The notes below the pieces were generated by a model, which was not told the DNA's origin, made no database searches, and was given only the letters and a program-made list of their open reading frames with translations. From the IMG/VR virus record IMGVR_UViG_3300045988_021623, positions 1-42,484 of that record: a stretch of 42,484 bases of DNA; one strand, given 5' to 3'. A program made the position numbers and the translations under genes. Every line of letters starts with the position of its first letter. Positions within the stretch are counted from its first letter, which is position 1. Below are positions 1 to 6,528 of the stretch, piece after piece. This stretch comes from a virus.

Positions 1-119
1 GCTTTTTTGCGTTTGCGGCATACGGTACAATATCCGCAAGCCGCCGCTTTGTGATTTCCATGCCATCCTCCTGTTTTGCTACCAGCCCCCGCCCCTTGGC
101 CTTACATAGCAGACTTTAC
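1..119. repeat. Terminal direct repeat copy 1 (identical to 42366..42484); overlap of a circular genome
   Basis: Bases 1-119 (gcttttttgcgtttgcgg...agcagactttac) recur exactly at 42366-42484. Copy 1 re-reads the first 61 nt and the RBS of the minus-strand ParB-methylase CDS. Confidence 0.95.
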
Positions 120-340
120 CCGCCCCGAGGGGCTACAACGCCGCCCACATTGGGCGTTAGTCTTTCCATTGGCCGTCTTCCCGCTTAGATTGTCACATCA
201 CCGATTGCTGCTTTACAAGTGCAGCACCATTACGCTGAGGCGTTTCCCTCCCACGGTGCAGTTTTCAGCGAGCTTTATCATTTCCATGTGAGCCATGACG
301 ACAACGGTCTCACATTGTCCGGGCGCTACCCGGCCTCTTG

Positions 341-414
341 TGCAGACGGCAGGACTCGAACCTGCGACATTTCCATTATTTGCGAAACGCTCTTGCCCAC
401 TGAGCTACGTCTGC
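341..414 (-). tRNA. tRNA-like gene with non-canonical anticodon loop (A33, anticodon reads AAU); isotype undetermined
   Basis: A 74-nt minus-strand cloverleaf: GCAGACG-TA-GCTC-AGTGGGCAA-GAGC-G-TTTCG-CAAATAA-TGGAA-ATGTC-GCAGG-TTCGAGT-CCTGC-CGTCTGC-A. The GG D-loop and the T-loop are canonical. No CCA is encoded. Confidence 0.7.
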
Positions 415-561
415 ATATCGCGGGGGTGGTGTGAAAAGATGAAAAGCACCGCGCCCCGCTATGGCGCAGGAGGTAAACGCCATAAATGAGAGAACCGCAA
501 AGGCTTTTACACCTCTGCGATTCTATTATCCCATAAGCAAATGGCTTTTTAAGGCCAACTT

Positions 562-873
562 TTAATCATCGAGCAGCCCATAGTTCCGTGCGACGCACTT
601 GATAAAATCCGTATGCCACCGTCTTGCCGTTCGATCGGAACAGTTGACTGCCATTGCCGCCCCTTCGAGCGTGTGCGTCTTGTCCCAAAACACAAGTCGG
701 ATAAAATTCAAGCGCTCTTCGCCGTCTTGCATGGATACTGTTTCGCTCACCGCTTGGCTCACAGCGCAACTTTCTTTTAGTGGCACACCGCGCAACCCCC
801 GTTCTCGGTCTGGGTCGTAGCGGCGGATAATGGCTTTTACATAGCCCCACCAGCTGTAACGAGGTTTACTCAT
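562..873 (-). CDS. RinA/ArpU-like late transcriptional activator (sigma region-4-like HTH)
   Basis: Internal ATG at 873 of ORF 562..1008 gives MSKPRYSWWGYVKAIIRRYDP...NCSDRTARRWHTDFIKCVARNYGLL. The C-terminal HTH pattern and the position just upstream of the packaging genes fit a late activator. Confidence 0.5.
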   Translation of the reverse strand: MSKPRYSWWGYVKAIIRRYDPDRERGLRGVPLKESCAVSQAVSETVSMQDGEERLNFIRLVFWDKTHTLEGAAMAVNCSDRTARRWHTDFIKCVARNYGLLDD

Positions 874-1345
874 GGCGCACCAGCTTCCTCTTCGCCCACG
901 CCCACAGGTTACGCCACGGGTGGGCTTCTGCGTAATTGGCGCGCTGCTCAGCATTGCTCCATTGCTGATGCATATAATCGCGTTCTTCTTCAACCTGTCG
1001 GCAGCCAACCGTCATTCTCGACACCTCTGCATTTACCCGCCCAAGCGCCGCCTCGGTGTCATTGAGTTTGTTTTTCAAGTCGGCAACTTCTCGCTTCGAT
1101 GCCTGCCACGCTCTCCAATACTGTTGCCCCTGATCGTTCAAAAGCTTAGACGCAGCGTTTGCCGCATCTAAATCCGCTTTCAGGTTTGCGATCACGTTCT
1201 CGCGGGTAATGGCTTCCCCGTTCATTTGGTCAAGCTTCTCGGTCAGGGCGACGTTTACCCGCTTTAATTCCTGCACTTCCGCCTGCGCATCCTCCACCAT
1301 CTTCGCCATCTGGTCTTTGGTGTACTTCTTTACGTTGATGCTCAT
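866..1345 (-). CDS. Hypothetical coiled-coil protein
   Basis: 159-aa ORF with heptad-like, charged sequence. It is overlap-coupled to both neighbours. Confidence 0.6.
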   Translation of the reverse strand: MSINVKKYTKDQMAKMVEDAQAEVQELKRVNVALTEKLDQMNGEAITRENVIANLKADLDAANAASKLLNDQGQQYWRAWQASKREVADLKNKLNDTEAALGRVNAEVSRMTVGCRQVEEERDYMHQQWSNAEQRANYAEAHPWRNLWAWAKRKLVRHE

Positions 1346-1809
1346 TCGGCCACCGCTTCCCCGACGATCACCCAGTCATCAGCCAGCATGTCGGCCTGCG
1401 AGGCCAGCCAGCCGAGCTGTACGCCGGACGTGCCGACAAAGGCAAGCGCTTTGTTTCCGATGGCCTCGTGATTGGCGTTAATTACCTCGTGCGCAGCGTT
1501 CTCGTAGCTGATACGCTCCGCAAGCTCGACGTACTGGTTCTTACCGTTCCAACCGCGGCGCGCGATCTTCATGCCCTTCTTTGCCGCCTCGATAGCAAGT
1601 CCAAAGCTTAGCCCGTCAGTCGGGCGATACGCCTCTTCAAAAACCTGCTTCGGGCTGAAAGATTCGTATCCATCAGGGTAGCGGACTTTGTAGCCGTCTT
1701 CCTCGCGCTCCATACTTCTCGGGATTGGCTGGGCCTTCTCGTAAACTTTGCCGCCCTTGCGGATAGCCGGTGCCGCCTCGATAAGTTTTGTTCCGATGTA
1801 CTTTTTCAT
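1342..1809 (-). CDS. DUF2829-domain protein (Tad2-like anti-Thoeris candidate) with N-terminal extension
   Basis: The C-terminal half (LSFGLAIEAAKKGMKIARRGWNGKNQYVEL...GWLASQADMLADDWVIV) matches the DUF2829 hallmark GKK..R.GW.GK ... W.aSq.DlLA.DW. Confidence 0.6.
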   Translation of the reverse strand: MKKYIGTKLIEAAPAIRKGGKVYEKAQPIPRSMEREEDGYKVRYPDGYESFSPKQVFEEAYRPTDGLSFGLAIEAAKKGMKIARRGWNGKNQYVELAERISYENAAHEVINANHEAIGNKALAFVGTSGVQLGWLASQADMLADDWVIVGEAVAE

Positions 1810-1838
1810 AGTAAAATTCCTTTCTTTTTCGCCCGTAG

Positions 1839-1994
1839 GCGTTATTCCATTCGTAGCTGTTCTTCTCGTCCCCGGTCACTTACGATGCTCACGACCTTAC
1901 AGTCTCCGTATCGCTCGATGTCCATGGCGATTCGCTCCTTGACGCCCTGCGCGTCAGCGGCGGGGACGTTGGCTTTAATCGTGATTGTCAGCAT
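1839..1994 (-). CDS. Small hypothetical protein (51 aa)
   Basis: ATG at 1994 preceded by GGAGGGAAC. Product MLTITIKANVPAADAQGVKERIAMDIERYGDCKVVSIV... It is below the ORF-track size cut-off. Confidence 0.45.
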
Positions 1995-2003
1995 GTTCCC
2001 TCC

Positions 2004-2225
2004 TTATGCAACCATAAAGAGCAGCTTCCAGATCAATGGGTGTTTCTCTATATTGCTTGCCAGCCTCAATGCGACTGCGGCATTTGCGTTCTCCCAATTC
2101 CCTGTGTCCATGACATAGCCGTGTTCAGAAACAAGCAGCCTTTGTATGAGAATAGAAAAATCAAATCCGCTCAGCCAGCCTTGTTGTTTGGCCTTGTAAA
2201 TCAGCTCTTTCGCTTCGTTAGTCAT
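2004..2225 (-). CDS. Hypothetical protein
   Basis: 73-aa ORF in the same-strand operon, with no recognisable motif. Confidence 0.5.
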   Translation of the reverse strand: MTNEAKELIYKAKQQGWLSGFDFSILIQRLLVSEHGYVMDTGNWENANAAVALRLASNIEKHPLIWKLLFMVA

Positions 2226-2490
2226 GTGTTGTCCCCTCCTTCGGCTCGCCGTAGCTGCAAAAATCGTCAGGCTCTACACACACCGCATCGCCGGAATACC
2301 CACGTTCGGTCTCTTTCGGTTCGGTGTGCAAATAGCACAGCCCGTTCGGGTGGTTGCGATAGTACTTGCAGTCCTTGCACCGAGTAACGACCTCTGGAAA
2401 GGCATTGCTGTCTCTCAGTCTTTTCGCCACAAAGGTTGCCCCGCAATTCTCCGCGAAGGCGGCGGCCGTGTCAGCGTCGATTAAGCGCAT
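2218..2490 (-). CDS. Hypothetical Cys-rich protein
   Basis: 90-aa ORF with CKDCKYY...C...C motifs. It overlaps both neighbours. Confidence 0.55.
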   Translation of the reverse strand: MRLIDADTAAAFAENCGATFVAKRLRDSNAFPEVVTRCKDCKYYRNHPNGLCYLHTEPKETERGYSGDAVCVEPDDFCSYGEPKEGTTHD

Positions 2491-2938
2491 TGCTGTCCCC
2501 TCCGTTCATCTTCTTGGTTCGCTTTTGCTTTGGCTTGGTGAGTGCATCTTCAATGCTCCACCCACTTTTCAACCTTCTCCATAAGGTGGAGCCTGATATT
2601 CCAAATCGTTCACACCAATCCGCCGCACAAAGTGTTTCCCCTAAAAACGTAATCAGATGATTTGTTCTTTTATTCCTTAGGTTTTCCGCTCTTGTAACAA
2701 ATTGGATATTATCTGGAGAATATCCCTTGTTATTATCAATCCTATCTACCTGCAATCCATATTCCCACCCATTGGAAAGGCAAAATTCTTCAAAAGCCGA
2801 AAAGTTTTCTCTCCATTCATTGCAAATACGAATCCCTCTACCTCCATAATTGCGATAATTTTTAGCATTAGGATTGCAACACCGCTGTATGATCCCGTCC
2901 CACACTCTATATAACCTAAAGTTGCTTTTACGACTCAT
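2471..2938 (-). CDS. Free-standing HNH homing-type endonuclease
   Basis: Contains YRVWDGIIQRC.NP....Y.NYGGRGI.ICNEW and DRIDNNKGYSPDNIQFVT.AEN (HNH_3-like), followed by a C-terminal HTH-like tail. The gene is visibly AT-richer than its flanks. Confidence 0.65.
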   Translation of the reverse strand: MSRKSNFRLYRVWDGIIQRCCNPNAKNYRNYGGRGIRICNEWRENFSAFEEFCLSNGWEYGLQVDRIDNNKGYSPDNIQFVTRAENLRNKRTNHLITFLGETLCAADWCERFGISGSTLWRRLKSGWSIEDALTKPKQKRTKKMNGGDSNALNRR

Positions 2939-2942
2939 GTGT

Positions 2943-3236
2943 TTACTCCATCATCTTTGCGCCGCAGTTGGGGCAGTAGTTTGTGCGCGCGCAAAAGTTA
3001 TCTGATTTCCCGCACTCGCTACAATGGCACCAATCAATGCCACCATTAACCCTGCACCCATCGTGAATCCACCGCCCATGCACCACCGGCACAACGTCAG
3101 CGGCGGGGATCGCCTTTATATCGGCGCAGATATTCCAAGCTACCGTGTCACCACAAAAATCACTTTTCCGCAGACACTCTCTATACTGTTTATCACAAAC
3201 GGTAACTGCCACTGCGCGCTCAATGTATTCAGCCAT
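2943..3236 (-). CDS. Hypothetical zinc-ribbon protein
   Basis: Internal ATG at 3236 gives MAEYIERAV... and overlaps the stop of the upstream ORF. The C-terminus has CHCSECG...CPNCG. Confidence 0.55.
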   Translation of the reverse strand: MAEYIERAVAVTVCDKQYRECLRKSDFCGDTVAWNICADIKAIPAADVVPVVHGRWIHDGCRVNGGIDWCHCSECGKSDNFCARTNYCPNCGAKMME

Positions 3237-3405
3237 TGTCAGCCCTCCTGTTCCACTTTTCGACGATAAATTTGGGCTCGCTATATACGCCACTTTCAAA
3301 ATCACACTCTGGGCAGTATATGTAGCACTCTTCTGAGCTGTTGCCATCTACTGTTTCAAGTATTGCTTCACCGCCGCAGAACGGGCAAGGTTTCAATTCA
3401 GCCAT
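3229..3405 (-). CDS. Lar-family restriction-alleviation-like zinc-ribbon protein (58 aa)
   Basis: The product is MAELKPCPFCGGEAILETVDGNSSEECYIYCPECDFESGVYSEPKFIVEKWNRRADNG. The LKPCPFCGG...C.EC pattern is typical of the Lar family. The ORF is not in the ORF track because it is under 60 aa. Confidence 0.5.
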   Translation of the reverse strand: MAELKPCPFCGGEAILETVDGNSSEECYIYCPECDFESGVYSEPKFIVEKWNRRADNG

Positions 3406-3759
3406 TCACTCCACCTCCTGACCCCAAAACTCGCGGCGGCAGTCAGAACACTCGCGTTGCATAGTTGCGCAGTTACCTCGGGCATTCCTGTGCGACGCAG
3501 AAATCGAGCAGGGATTTATCTGCAACATACCATCATCCCCGATGCGTGCCTCCGGGTACTGTTCCAAAAACACGCTCTGCCGCGTCTTGTGTGGGTGCTC
3601 CTTCGACCACTGCTCAACGGCAGCAATGATTTTCTCGTACTCTGCATCGGGTGCGCTGGTGCCAAGGCCACATCCAACTCTTTCAAGTGGGCAGCCCTTG
3701 CAATGCTTGCATAAGTTGCACATTCTCTTGCGCTCTCTCAAAAATTCTAACGCGTCCAT
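3406..3759 (-). CDS. Hypothetical Cys-rich protein
   Basis: 117-aa ORF containing CNLCKHCKGC and CSDC motifs. Confidence 0.55.
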   Translation of the reverse strand: MDALEFLRERKRMCNLCKHCKGCPLERVGCGLGTSAPDAEYEKIIAAVEQWSKEHPHKTRQSVFLEQYPEARIGDDGMLQINPCSISASHRNARGNCATMQRECSDCRREFWGQEVE

Positions 3760-4395
3760 TTATGCCTCCATTCTATCGATCACTTTTCGAATCACATCGC
3801 CGCCGTAAGCGTCTTTTGTCAACTCCAAAAACTCCGTAAGTGTCATCACGCCGCGCTCAAGATCAACACCGTGGTCACGGGCGAACTGCTTTCGCCCCAT
3901 GTCACATGAGCCAGTCAAGCGGTGATGCCAGTCGTAAAAATGCTGTGTCGGATATGCTTTCTCGCGGTCTGTTTCTCGCAAAAACGTGTCGATGCGTTCT
4001 TCTTCCGGCATATCCTCGAAAAGCTTGTCTCGCAACGCCTCCATTGCTTCGCGCAGCGTTTCGCCGTGTGCGAAAATGTCGCCCTGCTTGACAATGTAGC
4101 ACGACGTGAGCATCAAATCGCCGTTCAAGATTGCCCCGTGCGCAGTGTTGCCGCGCACGGAACGAATCAGCGTATTTACGCCGTCAATTTGATAGACAGT
4201 TTCCCTGTTGAAACTCTTAACTCCGTCGCCGTAGCCGGAGCCGTAGCCGTCGCCGTAGCCGTAGCCGGAGCCGTAGCCGTAGCCGGAGCCGTCGCCGGAG
4301 CCGTCGCCGTCGCCGGAACCGTCGCCGGAGCCGTCGCCGTCGCCGGAGCCGGAGCTTACAAGCAAAAAGGCTTTAATCCTATCGTCAAGCGTCAT
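3760..4395 (-). CDS. Hypothetical protein with an N-terminal G-[S/D/Y] low-complexity repeat
   Basis: ATG at 4395 overlaps the upstream stop (ATGA). Product has SGSGDGDGSGDGSGDGDGSGDGSGYGYGSGYGYGDGYGSGYGDG followed by a globular domain (AHGETLREA...WHHRLTGSCDMGRKQF). Confidence 0.6.
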   Translation of the reverse strand: MTLDDRIKAFLLVSSGSGDGDGSGDGSGDGDGSGDGSGYGYGSGYGYGDGYGSGYGDGVKSFNRETVYQIDGVNTLIRSVRGNTAHGAILNGDLMLTSCYIVKQGDIFAHGETLREAMEALRDKLFEDMPEEERIDTFLRETDREKAYPTQHFYDWHHRLTGSCDMGRKQFARDHGVDLERGVMTLTEFLELTKDAYGGDVIRKVIDRMEA

Positions 4396-4682
4396 CTCTT
4401 CCACTCCTTTACACCTCGAAGCGATGCAGATGCCGCATCTGTGCACGGGATAATCTGGATCGCGCCCAGCACGGTCATTTCCGGAATCGTCAAAGTAAAA
4501 CAGCAGTTACTTGGTGCTTTTGTGCCGTCCTGCGCCAGCTGCTCTACGGCACACGCGCCGTCCCAGCTCCACAGCTTACGGACCTCGGTCATGGTGACCT
4601 CGGAGCCGTTGCGCTCCTTGATCTTGCCGAAAAACACGCCTGCGCGGTCGCAGCGAACGATGTAGTCCTGATTGTTGTTCAT
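4392..4682 (-). CDS. Hypothetical protein
   Basis: 96-aa ORF with an RBS-like AGGAGGAATTTCATC before the ATG. Confidence 0.6.
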   Translation of the reverse strand: MNNNQDYIVRCDRAGVFFGKIKERNGSEVTMTEVRKLWSWDGACAVEQLAQDGTKAPSNCCFTLTIPEMTVLGAIQIIPCTDAASASLRGVKEWKR

Positions 4683-4730
4683 GATGAAATTCCTCCTGAT
4701 TTTTGTTAAAATTTAAAGCTCTCTCTGAGC

Positions 4731-5396
4731 TTATTTCCGTTGATATCCGCCCCACTGCTCCGCCATTGCTCTGGCGATGCCGGGGAAGGTCTTTGCGCGG
4801 TTTTTGGCTCTATCTGTGGTAAACATGCCTTTGTGCTGTTCCCCATGTTTATGGCTATAACTGCCGCTCGGGCACCATGTTGCCGTCGGCTCAACGATGT
4901 TTGTCGGCTCCAGCGGTGGGAGATTTCTCAACCATAAGCACGTTCTTTTAGTGTACGGATGTCCAAATTGATATGGCTGGATAATTTGCGAGTATTCCGG
5001 CATTACAAAAAGCTTGCTCGGTACAGGATTCTCAACCGCCACAAGCGGTATATCGGCACGATAAAACTCCATGAAGAAGTCACGTGCCTTTATTCCAAGC
5101 ATTACCCTGTCCGCTTGCAGTTGATGCCCTTTCCACAAGTGCCGAGCGCCTGCATTGCTGAGATATGTGCACGGCGGGTGTGCGATCAGCAAATCCCAAG
5201 TAACAATATGCGTTGCGCCGTCCATTGTGGTAATAAGCCCGGGCCTATTGACAACATCCACGGCATCGTCCAGAATATGCCACTCAGTGTGCCCGCCGGA
5301 CGGCTCCTGAATGTCGCACGAGTAGGCTTCATGCCCAAATGCGCGGAACGCTTTGCAGACTTCCTGCGATTCCTCGCAGGCAACTAAAACCGTCAT
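4731..5396 (-). CDS. Short phage-type DNA cytosine-C5 methyltransferase-like protein
   Basis: Internal ATG at 5396 overlaps the upstream stop. Product MTVLVACEESQEV... has HPPCTYLSNAG (PPC, motif IV), VENPV (ENV-like, motif VI) and RAKTFPGIARAMAEQW (motif X-like). There is no canonical FxGxG motif I. Confidence 0.5.
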   Translation of the reverse strand: MTVLVACEESQEVCKAFRAFGHEAYSCDIQEPSGGHTEWHILDDAVDVVNRPGLITTMDGATHIVTWDLLIAHPPCTYLSNAGARHLWKGHQLQADRVMLGIKARDFFMEFYRADIPLVAVENPVPSKLFVMPEYSQIIQPYQFGHPYTKRTCLWLRNLPPLEPTNIVEPTATWCPSGSYSHKHGEQHKGMFTTDRAKNRAKTFPGIARAMAEQWGGYQRK

Positions 5397-5638
5397 CTTC
5401 TCCCCTCGCATTCTCCAAACAGCTCCCGGAACGGCTTCCCCGTGATCTCTTCCAACTTGAGCAGGAATTTCACGGTGCACTCGCAGTCGCCGAACGTCCA
5501 CCGAATGATGGTCGACTGCGCCACGCCGCATTCTTTCGCCAGCTGGATCTGCGACAAGTCCGTCTTTTCCAGCGCTTCTTTTAGCGCCGGATAGACGCAG
5601 CGCTCGAACGGTGTCTTTGCCCGATGCACTCTCAGCAT
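5393..5638 (-). CDS. HTH DNA-binding protein (paralog B)
   Basis: Contains YPALKEALEKTDLSQIQLAKECGVAQSTIIRWTFG. It is clearly similar to the upstream ORF 5632..5874. Confidence 0.6.
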   Translation of the reverse strand: MLRVHRAKTPFERCVYPALKEALEKTDLSQIQLAKECGVAQSTIIRWTFGDCECTVKFLLKLEEITGKPFRELFGECEGRR

Positions 5639-5874
5639 GCGCGCACCTCCCCGAACGCCTCCTCAAACGTCAGTCCCGTCACTTGCAGCAGCGCTTTAAT
5701 CACGCGAATGCTGAATTCGTTCTTTCCCGTTGTCCATCTCCACAGGCAGAGTGGGGAGACACCGATCTTTTCGCTCAACTCCGGCGGCGTGATACCGGAG
5801 TCCTGCAATGCCGCCTTGAGCTGCGGATATACGACCGTCTTAAACGGCACGTGATTCATGTTCTCTGTCAACAT
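5632..5874 (-). CDS. HTH DNA-binding protein (paralog A)
   Basis: Contains YPQLKAALQDSGITPPELSEKIGVSPLCLWRWTTG. It is the tandem paralog of 5393..5638. Confidence 0.6.
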   Translation of the reverse strand: MLTENMNHVPFKTVVYPQLKAALQDSGITPPELSEKIGVSPLCLWRWTTGKNEFSIRVIKALLQVTGLTFEEAFGEVRAC

Positions 5875-5894
5875 CTTTTCGCTCCCTCATTTCG

Positions 5895-6101
5895 TCATTT
5901 CAGATTTTGCAGCCGCTTTTGTTCGAACCTGCGCGCCACACGAAAATCATCAATGGCGCGGTGTTCTTCCTCTTTCGCCCTGCGGCTTGCGTCGCTTTTT
6001 TCTTTGTCCGCCGCGTAGTATGGGCAATGATCTTGGCAGCCAGGATACCGCGTCGGCGGCTTACAGCTGTGGCAGTGTTCGAAGCTCATCTCACACCTCA
6101 C
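5895..6101 (-). CDS. Small Cys-rich hypothetical protein
   Basis: 68-aa ORF with a CHSCKPP..YPGCQDHCPYY motif. Confidence 0.45.
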   Translation of the reverse strand: MRCEMSFEHCHSCKPPTRYPGCQDHCPYYAADKEKSDASRRAKEEEHRAIDDFRVARRFEQKRLQNLK

Positions 6102-6528
6102 GGATCGTGATGCCGTACTTGTCCTGCATCAGCTTCTTTTTGAGCAGGTAGTCCTTCGTTTTCGCGCCTTTCGCGTCCTCGACCTCTCGCAGCCAATACA
6201 CCGTGCCGTTGCAGTCCGGCTCGGTCGCCCGCTCGTAGGTAAAATCCGCGCGGTAGACCATCGGCTTGATGCGTTTGCCCTCGATGGTCGTGTAGCCCTC
6301 AACGAGGGTAAAATTGGCTTGGAGCCGAAGGTCGCGAATCCTGCCCATCGCGCGCAGCACTTTCAGCTCGGCGAATCGCGCCGCCTCGCGCTCGGAATCA
6401 AACTTGATGCCGTCGCGCACGACCTTGCGGTTGCCGTACTTGCTGCGTTTCTTAACTTCCTGCACGGCCATCTTTGCCATGACTTGGGCTTGAGCGTCCT
6501 TGCCCAGCTGAGAAATATCAACGCCCAT
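6091..6528 (-). CDS. DUF1064-family protein (putative resolvase-like nuclease)
   Basis: Start at 6528 follows GGAGGG. The motif KYGNRKVVRDGIKFDSEREAARFAELKVL...GRIRDLRLQ is the DUF1064 signature. Confidence 0.65.
   Translation of the reverse strand: MGVDISQLGKDAQAQVMAKMAVQEVKKRSKYGNRKVVRDGIKFDSEREAARFAELKVLRAMGRIRDLRLQANFTLVEGYTTIEGKRIKPMVYRADFTYERATEPDCNGTVYWLREVEDAKGAKTKDYLLKKKLMQDKYGITIREV

Noticed and set aside
1-119. The terminal repeat as an att site, LTR or IS inverted repeat
   Set aside because: The repeat is direct and exact, and it lies within a gene plus its leader. Joining the ends restores an intact ORF, as expected for a circular-assembly overlap.
3922-4665. 247-aa plus-strand ORF with (AVAG)n repeats
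   Set aside because: It is the mirror image of the minus-strand G-S/D/Y repeat gene. It has no RBS and overlaps two well-supported minus-strand genes.
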